DNA of 64,000 bases, taken from the NCBI RefSeq assembly GCF_009914755.1, contig NC_060930.1, one strand, 5' to 3'. Shown here in pieces: positions 30,711-45,897 of this stretch; the stretch's first letter is position 1, and the number at the start of each line of letters is the position of its first letter. This DNA is from the human T2T-CHM13v2.0 reference genome, Homo sapiens. The notes below the pieces were generated by a model, which was not told where the DNA came from, did no database searches, and worked only from the letters and a program-made list of their open reading frames with translations. The position numbers and the translations under genes are program-made.

Positions 30711-32337
30711 TGCTGGTATTTTAAAATTAGAAAAAGAAATTTTTGGTAGCAAAATCAGAACAGACCCACCAACTCTTTGCAAATCATGGGACTAGAATGT
30801 TTGGAAAGGAAGATGCTAACGATTTTCATTCATTTGTTTATCATCTATGTTGAGTGTCTTCTTGGGCCTAGGCAGCATGCCCAAAGCTGGGAGAATAAGA
30901 TACTGTATGAGATGCTAGAAAGATCCCCACCTCTCCTTTCCAGAAATTCAGTATATCAGACTAATTGGTTTACAGTTGTGACCATGGGCTTTTGGCATAG
31001 CTGTTCAACAAGATTTCATTCTTTTTCAAAAGCAATTCATTCATCCACCAAATATTTGTTAAACAAATGTACGTTGCATTGTAGTGGGTCCTCAGGGAGC
31101 TGGATGTACATGCCAAATATGTTTCATTTTATTTGAAGCAAGTCCACAGACAAGTAAACTAGTCAAGTGATACCAGGCAAAGTGATTTGCTTTCCAACAG
31201 ATGGTGACAGATTAATTTCCTAAGAGACTGATCTGCCCCAGAGGCACTGGGAAAGTCTTGTTAGGGAGGTAGATTATAGTCAGGACCTTGGAAAATTGTT
31301 GGGAATAATTGAGGTCAGGAAGGGTATACTTAGGTGGATGGGGACAGCCCCTGAGCGAGGGATCAGTCCTTTTGGAGTGAGCACGGAATATTCAGGTGCC
31401 TGGGAGGAGTGAAGGCTTGTGCTTCAGCACTGATTGTGTGCACCGATGGTGGAACATACCTGCCTGCTCAGAAGCTTTGGCTTCTCTCTGTAGGTGAGAG
31501 ACAGCCATTAGAAGTCCTTGAACAGGGAAGAAACACGGTGAAAGCAAGGATTTCATTGAGAAGTCCCTCATGGAAGAAGAAGATTACATTGGAAAGAGCC
31601 TGGCTTAGGGAGGGAGCAGTGACAATCAGAGAAAAAGGCAGATAGGGGCAAAGATACTGGAAGAAGAGGAAAAACTGTCCAAAGCTTTGTCCTTGTGTGG
31701 GAAAGCTGGTGCTGTTGGCGTGAAAGAGGAAGCAAGAACATGTGCACTGACACGGCTGAGAGTCTCCAAAACCATTGTCTTTCCTTAAAACAGTAATGAT
31801 CACAAGCAGCTTACAACTTTGCATATAGCCACTGGGGCAAAATCCTATTAAAAGCTAATTCATTATCTGAGCCAGTGCATGATAATGCGATGTAAAGGCG
31901 TGTTGGGAGGCAGATGATCAGAACTTTTAAGCAAACTAAATTTCATAACATTTATTAGAAGCCTGTCTCTATTTCCAGAAAACGCCTATAAATGTGGCTG
32001 TAATGTAGGCTACAGGTCATCACACTGAAGTAGAAGCAATGTACAATACCTGAAAGGTTAGAGAAGTTCAGGGTCTGGGCTTATAAAAAACTTCATTATT
32101 CATTTGAAAGATATTGTTTTGTATCCCCCAATTGTGGTTTTCAATGTATATAAAAGCAGGATATCATACTTTTTGATCTATGGATTTGGAAGGGGATAAT
32201 GGTGTGGTGGGCACTGAGCATATGGAATTATTTAATTAGAGAGATGCCCTTTAGATTACTATAAAATATAACCAGAATCTCCTGTTTAGACTTCTAAAAT
32301 CTACTTCTTTGAAAACACTACTAAAATGACCACAAAG

Positions 32338-33189
<852 letters not shown>

Positions 33190-33774
33190 CTAAAGCAAGC
33201 TGGAGTAATACTGGAATTCTAGAAGGTAGAAGGCTTAGCAGAGCAGTTCAGGTGGAACCCACGCCTGTGGGGGCAGGGGCATGAGCAGTGAGCCCATCTA
33301 ACTACGGGACCCCAGATAGGCTTGGGATCTAGAAGCGACAGATGCCTCTAAAGGCTGGGGGTAGGCTGGGACTGAAAGCAGAATTGGTGTAAAGTCTTTA
33401 AAAGGAGCAATTAGATCCACAAATACCTTCCTAGTTTCTAATTATTCTACCGCTTAGGAGAGAGGGGTAAATGACTCCCTGAAAACAGAGAAATGAAGTG
33501 AAGGCTATCATGTTAAATGGGGACAACACCTAGCCCCTCCTTCCTCAAGACTGACAGGAAAGCTCCTACAACCCACGAAGGAGTTTGGAGGGGTGTTGTC
33601 TGAGGAAACTAATAAGTCCAAGAGAAAGAACCTTCAGAAACGGACATTTAAAGGATTAGGTCCCCACCCGATTACCCTAGAGATACACATACAGAAATGT
33701 GATTGGACAGTCAAGGATCACCGTATGATGCTTCTAACCTGAACAATAGACACCTAGTCACACACCCAAACAAT

Positions 33775-33803
33775 CACACACACACATACACACACACACA
33801 CAC
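33775..33803 (+). repeat. Interrupted (CA)n
   Basis: Direct reading. Confidence 0.9.
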
Positions 33804-35504
33804 TTACTTCACTTCTGCTGGAGGAATTTACAAGATGAAGAACATCTTGTATCTCTTTTGGGCTACTGTTTGTGAAAGGAATGGTTGCATGTGCTCTTGG
33901 CTAAGCCAACTCCATCCTGAAGACAGATTTTTGTGAGGTGGGGGAAATTCGCCCAGCGTTAATAGTGTTAGTGGTTGTCCTGGGTCCATCCTGGTCTGTA
34001 TTCCTGCTTTTTCATTTTCAGATTTAAATCCAGAGTTATTACAGATGGTAACATCTGATGCCAATTTATGGATCTTTTTCATAATTCACCTGCTAGGAAT
34101 CTCAGGTAACCTATAAAATATGCTTTTATTTGGTCATTTTAAGAGTTACGTTTCTGAATTTCAGGTATTTTATCCTGTATTGTCAGCACATTAAATTAGG
34201 GAACACATTCATTGACATTCTATGTATTTTCCTTTGTATTTCAAAGTCAGAGTCAAGTATTTAAAAAGATAAGATCTTTCATTTTGTGTGTGATCCCACG
34301 GAATACTTTCTACTGTAGATTTATTAAAATTCTCCCACCTCTGGCCTCTGATTAAGGAATTGCAGAGTATTCTCTATGACAACTCATTAAACCTATTATT
34401 CCCCCCAGGGCGGTTTAGTATATCACTAAATATACTTTTAGTGATATTTGTTGATTGGAGCATAGCTTTTGTGTTTGCCAAACATCATTGATGTGTTTTG
34501 AGGTCATGTGGTTGTGGGGGGCAGGGGGTGGTTGTAAATGTAATAGTGTCCCTCTAGTATTGTAATACTTCAAGGACATAGAATTTATTTTTTAAAGTCT
34601 TAAATCTTTTTGTTTGTTTTTCTAGGAAATCTTGAGTCTATGTTCTTTGATTTGAGACTATAGAGTTTCTTGGTAAAGTCTCCAATTATTGGTTTTCTGA
34701 GTAAATTCTTGAGAATTGGTGAGGCTCCCAGGATTATTGTTTGTCATCCTGTTCTAATTAATAGAGAAAAAGCATATAAATCTTAGATGTCTTAGATCTG
34801 GGACTATTGCATCTACTTGGCTTGAGCCAAAGTGTCATCTAATTTTTATCCAGTAATTGTGGCAACATATTGCTTCCAAAACAAATCACATTTGTAAATG
34901 CATATTGAGCATTTTCTACATGAAGGGCATTACCAGGGAGTGAAAGAAATATAAGGTCTGAATTTTGTCCTCTGGGAGAGAACATTCTAGTGGGAGAGAT
35001 GAGTTGTGAAAAGTTAAATAACAAATATTTATAGATGGTCAATATAGGAACTTGCAAATATTATTAAGATTAATTACATGTGAAAAATTGTTATTGAATT
35101 CAAGGCAAAAGAAGTGAACTTAAACTGAGTTGCACAGGAAGAACTCATAAAAAGGTGAGCTTGTGTTGGATGAGTGGATTTGGGCAGATAAAGAAAGACA
35201 GGAGCAAAAATAAAGAGGTGGAAAACCACAGGGGTGTTTGATGTATGCAGGGCACGGAAATCAGTTGTATGGTGGGGGGTACCTTCAACTTAAAACCTCT
35301 GTACCAGTTAGGGTGCTTGAGTTGTAAGAAGCCGAAACCAATTCTGGCTCATTTAGGCGGAGAAAGAATTTACAATCCATGACTAGGATATATCCCTCCA
35401 TCTATTTAATCCCTGTTTAACTTTTCTTTATTTTTTATAGTTTGTATAGTTTTCTATGCAGAAGACTTGCACATCTTTCGTTACATTTGTTCATAAGTAT
35501 TTGA

Positions 35505-35831
<327 letters not shown>

Positions 35832-36399
35832 AAGAGTTTTAAAAAAATTTCAGTTTCTAACTGTTGACACTACATAGAAATACAATAGATTTTTGCATAT
35901 TGTCCATGTATCTGCCAAACTTGCTAATTTAACTTATTAATTATAATAATTTTATCTATGGATTCTTTTGGATTTTCCAAATATACAACATGCCATATAT
36001 GAGTAGTGACATTTTTATTTCTTCTTCCTAGCTCCGTAACTTTATTCTATTTTCTTGACCTACTGCATTGACTAGGATCCTTTACTACAATGGGAAGAAA
36101 AAGTGATGGTGGGCATTCTTTTCTCACTCCTGATCGCAGGGCAGCATTTAACTTTTCACCATTATGAATGATGTTTGCTCTACAGATTTCTGTAGAACCA
36201 TTTATCAGATTCAGGTAGTTAATCCTAACTTGGCTAACAGCAATTAAAAAAATGAAGTAATATAAAAATTAAGAAATTAATATGCTGCTAATGATATGTT
36301 GTTGAGTAACATAAATATACCAATTTTTCTATATCTACTGAGATGATCATATGAATATTGTTCTTTATTTACTATGGTGAATTGCATTCATTAATTTTC

Positions 36400-36697
36400 T
36401 TTTCTTTTTTTTTTTGAGACAGAGTCTTGCTCTGTCACCCAGGCTGGAGTGCAGTGGTGCAGTCTGAGTTCACTGTAACCTTCACCTCCTGGGTCCAAGT
36501 GATTCTCCTGCCTCAGTCTCCCGAGTAGCTGGGATTATAGGTGTGCACCATCACGCCCGGCTAATTTTTATATTTTTAGTAGAGATGGGGTTTCCCCATG
36601 TTGGCCAGGCTGATCTTGAACTCCTGACGTCAAGTGATCTGCCTGTCTCGGCCTCCCAAAGTGCTGGGATTACAGGTGTGAGCCACTATGCCTGGCT
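36400..36697 (-). mobile_element. AluSx-type element
   Basis: TSD ATTCATTAATTTTC at 36386-36399 and 36700-36713. Confidence 0.95.
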
Positions 36698-36826
36698 GGA
36701 TTCATTAATTTTCAAATGCATTTTAAAATTTCTGAACTAAATCCAACTTGATTATAATATACTATCTTTTTTTAAGGGAAAAGTAGATGAATCAGACTCA
36801 GCAAAAATAGGAGCCAGAATAGCAAC

Positions 36827-37195
36827 TGATACGGTTTGTCTATATTCCCACCCAAATCTCATCTTGAATTGTAATCTCCATAACCCCCACTTGTCTAGGG
36901 AGAGATCTGGTGGGAGGTGATGGGATCATGGTGGCAGTTTCCCTCTTGCTGTTCTCGTGATAGTGAATTCTCATGAGATCTGATAGTTTTATAAGGGCCT
37001 CTTCCCCCTTCGCTACTCACTCTGTCTCTCACCTGCCACCATGTAAGACGTGCCTTGGCTACTCCTTTGCCATCTGCCATAATTATCTGAGATCTCCCCA
37101 GCCATTTGGAACTGTGAGTCAGTTAAACCTCTTTTCTTTATAAATTACCCAGTCTCAGGCAGTTCTTCATAGCAGCGTGAAAATTAACTAATACA
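36827..37195 (+). mobile_element. THE1(D-like) MaLR solo LTR
   Basis: TGATACGG...CTAATACA termini; 5-bp TSD GCAAC (36822-36826, 37196-37200). Confidence 0.92.
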
Positions 37196-37289
37196 GCAAC
37201 CATGGCAGGGGAAGGCCAAGCACCTTGACTGAGTATATCCAATGGGAGAGGAGATTTTTTTCTCACAGCCAAATCAGGACACTCACAGC

Positions 37290-37510
37290 TTTGTGTTTAA
37301 AAGCTTGGGCTCTGGACTCAGGCTGCCTGGTTTGAAGTGCCAGTCCTCCCTCTTATGTGGCAGGGGACCTTAGCTCTGAGTATCCTTCTCTATAAAGGAG
37401 GATGATGTTCTATTTACCCAATAAGATTCTAAGGATTAAATGATACATTAAAGTGCACAGGTCAGATCACTCTCAGCCCATAGAAGTAATTATAATTCCA
37501 GCTATTATTA
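37290..37510 (+). mobile_element. MIR fragment
   Basis: GGGCTCTGGACTCAGGCTGCCTGGTTTGAAG...; ends in TATTATTATT. Confidence 0.55.
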
Positions 37511-38233
37511 TTGTTATTTGTGAATATGAGAAAGAAGAAAGTTCACTCTGACATCCTGTAAATGGAAAATTCAACTGAACATTGAAAAATGTTTAAATCT
37601 GTCTATCAGAAAGTTTTTCATCAAAAGAAAACACTGAGTAGTCTAGTGTTGTAGCTTGATCCAAAACCTTGAATAATTTTCAAACTCATTTATGATATCT
37701 GAAATATTCAATGACTTATACCTTTGAATTTTTTGGCAGCTTTGTGGAGGTATAGCTGACATATAAGAAACTGCAGATATTCAAAATGTACAGTTTTATA
37801 AGTTTTGATGTATGTATACAACCATTAAACCACTACCACAATAACATAAGGAACATACCTGCCCCCCATCCACACATTTGATGCGCCTCCTTTTAAAATT
37901 CTCTTTCCTACCCTCCACCCCTCACTGTTTACCAAAAAGAATGTCTGATGGTGCCCTGGGCAGTCCCACTCTGCCTAGAAAACACCATAGAAAAAGACAG
38001 CAAAAGTGCTTTCTCACTCTGGAGTTCTACTTGATTTTAATGGACATAGATTAGTGTGAACCACATAAACCAGTACTAAAATACAGGATTTGATCTAGAA
38101 AAGGTGATGCTAAAAATGCATGTAGATAAAACCTAATTTTTTTCAGACACCAAAATGAAAAATTATTAGTATGCCATGACACATGAACACTTTTATATTC
38201 CACAACCACTGTGCTCTCCTTTTGGTGTTCATT

Positions 38234-38601
38234 TGCAATGGATGGAATGTTTATGTCCCTTCCAAATTTGTATGTTGAAATGCTAACTCTCAAGATGATG
38301 GTATTAGGAGGAGAGGCTGTTGAGAGGTGATTAGGCCATGAGGGTGGAACCCTCAAGAAAAGGATTAGTGCCCTCAGCAAAGAGGCCTAGGAGAGCTAGC
38401 TTGCTCTTCCCAGCATTTAGGGACACAGCAAGAGGGTGCCGTCTGTGAACTAGAAAGCAGGCCCTCACCAGATACCAAATTTGCCAATGCCTTGGCCTTG
38501 GACTTCCCAGCCTCCAGAACCATGAGAAGTAAATTTCTGTTGTTTATAAGCCACCTAGTCTATAGTGTGTTTTGTTTTAGCAGCCTGAATGGACTAAGGC
38601 A
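38234..38601 (+). mobile_element. MLT1A-type MaLR solo LTR
   Basis: TG...CA termini; GGACTTCCCAGCCTCCAGAAC and AAATTTCTGTTGTTTATAAGCCACC; TSD TCATT/TTATT. Confidence 0.88.
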
Positions 38602-38779
38602 TTATTTATTGTGAGTTCTATTCACCATGGAGCATATGTGGCCTATGTGTCCCTGGCACTGAGGCAGGAACTGAGCAGAGTACGCAGGGGAATTAATAAT
38701 GCTTGGACCTATCTTTAAAACACCTAGAGTTTAGTAGGAATCAACTGGAAGTAGTAGGGTAAAGGAAAGTAGGTGACTT

Positions 38780-38950
38780 TTGTTGAGCCCTGCCATGTGC
38801 TAGAGACTGTGCTAAAGTGATTTACCCACATTATCTTATTTGAACCTCATGGCAAGCCTGTGTGGTAGGTCCTATTCCTCTATTTACAGATGGGGAAACT
38901 GAAGCTCAGAGACATTAAGTAATTTGCCCAAGGTTATAGAATTATCAGCA
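38780..38950 (-). mobile_element. MIR fragment
   Basis: TTTACAGATGGGGAAACTGAAGCTCAGAGA...TTGCCCAAGGT. Confidence 0.7.
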
Positions 38951-38982
38951 ACAAAGCTGAAAGTGGCAAAGGGCTCTTTCTA

Positions 38983-39225
<243 letters not shown>

Positions 39226-40242
39226 TCATTGCTTCCTTCTTGGTTTCTGCTACAAGTTTCTGCCTCTCCCACTGGCCCATTTCCGGGGTTCCTGTTCCTG
39301 TTATGCACATCAATCCCTAGATTTCTGAGGTCCCAGAGGGTGGGCTTCTGCTTAGTCCCTGTTTGTCTTCCCAGGGCTAGGCATCCTGGTCCTTAGCCCT
39401 GGCACTGGGGCTTCTCTCCCTGCTGCCTTCGACCCCCCGGGGCTGACCATCTGCTGCTCTATCCCTGCATCCTGCCAGCTTTCACATCCCCTGTCTCGAG
39501 CTCTGCTTGCCCTTTACTCTTGAGGGGAACTCCCTGCCTCCACCTGTTGGACTGGTCTGGTCCCTTCACTGGTCCTGCCCTTTCTGACCATCTTCTACTC
39601 TGGTCTGGCCTCCCATTTTCCAGAGCTCATCTGTCTCCATGTGTGTCCTGCTTCTCAGAGGGTCTTGAGTTCCAGCTTTTCCAGGTCTGGCTGGTGCCAT
39701 GGCCAAAACCTGTCCCACCTCTCCCATTCGAGTTCCTCACTAGCTCCTTTTTGACAGTTCTTTCTTTTTTGGGGTCTAGCTTTGGCCTTGCTGCATGAAT
39801 CATTAACACATAAATATGTGTCTTCACAATTAATTGTTTCCATTTGGTGTTTGCTCTAGTCAAGGAGGATGGAGAGGGAGCAACATCTTGTACTGAATGT
39901 CTTGACATCACTAGAAACTAGACTGCTTGTGCTTCCCGGGCATGCTGAGGTCTCAAGAATAAAGAGTATCCCTGAAGACATTCTTATCAGTCTTCCCTGG
40001 TGAAACATTCATCCTAATTTTTCCTTTTAGCTTTGAGACCACTTTTGCATGATTTTTAATATGTCATTAAATTAAATAGATATAATTTTCTCTGTCTAGC
40101 CAAACTGCTGTTAGAAGAATCTTTGCATACAACTAATCATAAAAAAGACATTCTTCTTGCCTCTTTGGAAAGGAGCCTGTGTCACCTAAGAGTGAGGAGT
40201 ACACTCATTCTTTTGTGCCTTGTTCATCTGCTCAGGGGATTA

Positions 40243-40607
<365 letters not shown>

Positions 40608-41712
40608 TTAATTCTTTGGAAGAACTGGGCTTGGCTGGCTGGGCACCTAGAGCAATGTGGATATGGGCAGCTGCTTGTCCCATGGATGCCAGGGACAGAG
40701 TCACAAGAGAGATGGTTAGAAATGGTGCCAGGTTCTCGCTGCCTCGTGCCAGGTCAGCTCCCAACAAAGCCTTTGTACAAGACACATATAAACCCTCAGA
40801 GAGTTTATGCTAACCCAGTGTCTTGGCCATGGCTTACTCATGATGGAAAACTGATCATATTTTATTCTGGCCACATGGAATAATAGACATGTAATCACTA
40901 TGAGATTTGAGTTGCAGGGTCTTTGGTTTCTAATAACCTTTATAATTTTCTCCCTCATCAGGGAGACAGAATAAGGTGTTTACATTACTACTTTCATTTT
41001 GCAAGAATAAGATCGAGGTTAAATCTACAGTTATGTCTTGATAGACTGCAGCAGATTTCTGCATCAGTAGAAAGTGCTGTTTTCCCACTAATCAGAAGAA
41101 GAAAGTGCTAGCCATAATGATATGGGTCCACTGTGAAGTAGAAGACAAGAAACAGAGCAGGACGTGGAATTGGGAGCAATGAGAAAAGGTGCCTAGAGTT
41201 GCTCTTGGCACCCTGCACCTTAGATCACCCTTATTAACTGCCTGCTGTTTACTCTGAAAATCTTTCTGTCATTTTTGAGAGATAAAATCTGAAAATGCAG
41301 TTTCTTCAAGTTAGAAATGATAATTTTTATAATAGAGTTTAAGAAAGCCATGCTTCTTTTCTCTTCTATGAGAACATTTTTATTTCAATTATAAAATTGC
41401 CACTATAAATAGCCAGTCAAGTTCATAGGGCATGAGTCTCATCAGGCGGATAATTTACATTATATAAAAAAAGTATGAGTTATTTAACTAAACTAAAAAA
41501 GCAACCAGTATCTTGTGGTCACATACTGTATGTGATCCCTTTTACTTGCAAGGTAAAAAGTGGTTTCATAACCTTGCCAATATAATTCCAAAGAACTAAG
41601 GACTTAGTGATCGTTGCTAATTGAAGTTATTCTGTTTATGAGCAAGCAACACTATTTCTTTGATGAAAACCAGAAAGGATTTACGTGTCGGTAAATAGGG
41701 TTCCTTTATGTT

Positions 41713-41718
41713 TGTGTA

Positions 41719-41760
<42 letters not shown>
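41713..41760 (+). repeat. (TG)n microsatellite with pure (TG)15 at 41731-41760
   Basis: Direct count. Confidence 0.95.
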
Positions 41761-41761
<1 letters not shown>

Positions 41762-42289
41762 TTTTATGAGGTTTGTCTCATTCTTCTATGCTAGTGAGTG
41801 TTGATTAGTTGGATTGCCTTTTCAGTTGACCTATTGCTTTTTAAGAGCATTTTTGGATATAGTCCCTTAACCCAGAATTAACTTCTATGATAAAAACGCT
41901 TTTTGGGTTGTCAGAGAGGCTAATAGGGGATATATGGGCAGGGAGTTTTTTACCAGCCGTCAGATCTCATCTTGCAGACTGTAACTACTGTAACCATGCC
42001 CCATGAAGGGTAGTACAAATCATGCTATTGAAATTGAGAGAGATGGCTGCCTTTTGGACAGGAAGAGAACTAGAAGTTTTTGACTTTGTGAATCTAACCT
42101 CTGCAGCTGCATCCCCCAGGGCTGCTGTCCACATACCCTGTGCTCCACTCCCTCTCATGATTTCTCTCACCACCGTCATTCTTTGTTTCTCTTGTTCCTT
42201 TATCCTGAAGCTCTCAACCTATGAACCTGTGAAAAGCCCAGATAACAGTAACAGATTACATTTATTTATGGAACATTTATTATAGATGG

Positions 42290-42500
42290 TGTCATTTTCT
42301 AAGTACTTAACCATATTGATTCCTTTAATCTTTGCAATCATGCAGTGAAACAGGTGATTCTCATACTCCCATTTTACAGTTGAGGAAACTGAGGCACTGA
42401 GGGGTGAAATGACTTGTCTGGGACCACATAGTACGTAGTCGAGCTAGTATTTGGACCCAGACTGTCTAACTCAAGAGCCCAAGTTATTGGCCACCATACT
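42290..42500 (-). mobile_element. MIR fragment
   Basis: CCCATTTTACAGTTGAGGAAACTGAGGCACTGAG. Confidence 0.75.
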
Positions 42501-43822
42501 CTATAGCACCTCTAACCCAGATCAAATATACACAGCACCATCACATAGTGAAATTAATCAGTGTCATGTCCATTCCCTCTGCTTAATTGTATGTTTCTTG
42601 TGATGAGGAACATAAGCCATCTCCAATGCCTGGGGCCACACATAGCAGATGCCCTATAACTATCATCATTGTCATCGTCATTCTTATCTTCCTCTTCCTC
42701 CTCATCATAATCTACTACATATAAGGCAAATTTGTGGGTCAGGCACACTTCACATAAATTAGATTTAATTCTCACAACAATCTTACGAAATTTGTGTTGT
42801 CCCCAGTTTATAGTTGAAAAGACCTTGCATTTAGGAAGTGGTAAAATGGGAATTTGCGACCCTGCCATTTGGTTCCAGAATCCTTCCTCCTAACCACTCT
42901 ATACCATATGCTTAATTAAGAAAAAAAGAAACAAATAGGTGAGAAAAAACAATGATGTGAAGAATTTTGCTGCCCCCAGTATTAGGATTTTTTTTCTTCT
43001 TCTTGCTAGACTCTAGAGGGCCCAGATCCTGTGGAGCTGTCTCTCTGAAGGGAAGGGTCAGGCTGTTCACCCTGATTTTCCTGGAGTCACAGATAAACTT
43101 CTGCCCTCCACCGGATGCCTCTATCTTACACAATTATTTTCCTTTACAAATTTGGTTGATGACATATTCACTTGGGATAATTGGGTTGTCCCTCCTACTT
43201 TGAAACTGTGAGAGAGTTCACTCAATTTCCAACTGCGTATGAAGCTCTTGAGTCAGATTTTTTTGCCTGTAACACCTCAGCTCACACCAGTGCAGAAATG
43301 GAAGTTTTAATTGGCTGTAGGATTGAAGGGTTGGTTTGGTGCATGGTGGTATTTTAAGAAAGGCAAAGTTTTATTTAAATGAGGAATATTCTCCCTGGGT
43401 TTTTTGAGTTAGCTACTGGGCCATGCAACAGGCCTGGCTGCTTGTGAGAAAATGAGAAGGGTGATCAAGTACAAGAAGATGCAGCCAAAGAAGTGGACAC
43501 AATCCACGTCAAGTTCCATCTTCTTTGTGGCAGCCATGATTCTGAAGGTCACTGAAGGGTATTTTTCCCTGAGCTGTTTTTGGAGCCTGTGCCACTGGCT
43601 TCAAATGCTGGGTCTTGGCCACCTCAGTTGCTATAAAATATGGTTATGAGTGCTTCCGCTTCCCAGCATCTTGCTGACAAAGCCCCACTTGTGCCTTGCT
43701 CAGCCCCACTTCATTGCTCCTGCCCTCTCTGGGGAGAGGGACTCACCACCTGGGTGACAAGGTTAGGGCTTCTTGCTGCACTTTTTGGCATCTTGCTGCT
43801 CCCTGTATAAGGGCAAAGCTAA

Positions 43823-44127
<305 letters not shown>

Positions 44128-44759
44128 TTCAAAAGATTTAAAAAAACGTGAAAACTGAAATGAAGACTAGATACTAATGAAACATTGGACTCATTATGAC
44201 TTTGTTAAGTCGTTTTGATTTTATTAAAATCAAACATTAATAAAGCAGACTGTGAATAAATAAATTATATTCTTTGGCCATTTCTTCATTAGACAAGGAT
44301 GCTATCTTTCATGGCTGTGTTATTGTGGGGATGGCTGATAGCTCATAGAACCAATCTAACATCCACAGATTTTTTTCATAGTTCTGGACTAGGTTTCTTA
44401 GCATAATGCGTTGTTGTGGTCCTCATGGTCTGTGATTCTCTCTTGCCAACCTTGTTTCATCAGTCCCCTGTTGTCCTGCAGATTTTTGAAGCATTGGAAT
44501 CCTAGCAACAGATTTCTCATTTAAGTAGGATGGTCCTGATCACTAGTCTCCCACAGAGAGTTGGTAAAAAGTTTTGTTCTTCTTATCACCCACAGAACTT
44601 CCCTGAAACATTTTTTGTTGTGCTTGCTCAGAAACCATAAGCTTAGTAGAAAAATGCACCTTGCTTGTGAATACACAATCAGGTGTCCAAATGAGATGGT
44701 CCCCTCCTAGAAGATAATATTTCGGAAGTCTTGCCTCAGTGGGAGGTACTTGGTTGTTT

Positions 44760-44890
44760 GTTTTTGTTTTTTTTTTCATTTCAATAGCTTTAGGGGTACA
44801 AGTGGCTTTTGGTTACATGCATGAATTGTATAGTGCCGAAGTCTGGGATTTTAGTTTACCCATCACTCGAGTAGTGTACTCTGTACCCAG
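44760..44890 (-). mobile_element. L1PB-type extreme 3' end
   Basis: TTTCAATAGCTTTAGGGGTACAAGTGGCTTTTGGTTACATG after a T-rich tail. Confidence 0.75.
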
Positions 44891-44948
44891 GGTCCTTGGA
44901 TTTTATGAGCTTGTTTTTGTTTGCTTTTATGTTAAGATATGAATAATA

Positions 44949-45323
44949 TGATATGCTTTGGCTCTGTGTCCCCACTCAAGTCTTATCTCGAATTGTAATC
45001 CCCATAATCTCCACACGTCAAGGGAGGGACCTGGTGGGAGGTGATTGGATCATGGGGGGCAATTCCCCCATGCTGTTGTCATAATAGTGAGTGAGTTATC
45101 ATGACGTCTGATGTTTTTATAAGTGTTTGACCATTCCACCTTCACACGCTGTCACTCTCACCTGCCGCCATGTAAGACATGCCTCTTCCCCTTCTGCCAT
45201 AATTGTAAGTTTCCTGAGGCCACCCCAGCCATGTGGAACTGTTGAGTCAATTAAACCTCTTTCCTTTATAAATTACCCAGTCTCGGGTATTTCTTTATAG
45301 CAGTGTGAAAACAGACTAGCATA
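44949..45323 (+). mobile_element. THE1D-like MaLR solo LTR
   Basis: TGATATGCTTTGGCTCTGTGTCCCCAC...; 5-bp TSD TAATA (44944-44948, 45324-45328). Confidence 0.92.
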
Positions 45324-45579
45324 TAATAGAAGGCTCTTTACCTTTTTAAACTTGGAAGGCCAAATTAATACTGTCCTTTCCATTATAAGAATCTTCAGAT
45401 TAAATATTTTCTCATTCATTGTCCCTCAGATCATATACATTTGCTTTTTAACTCTAAGTTACATGTAATAAACTAAACAATGAAATTGTATTGTGGATCA
45501 TAAACTTGAGTTTTAAAAAGATTTTTCTCCTAATTTTAAAAGTAATAAAAACAATAAATACTTACTGTATTCCAGGTAG

Positions 45580-45897
<318 letters not shown>

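Noticed and set aside
42554-42868. ORF with an acidic run (DEEEEEDKNDDDND)
   Set aside because: It comes from a degenerate TCA/TCC low-complexity tract beside a MIR.
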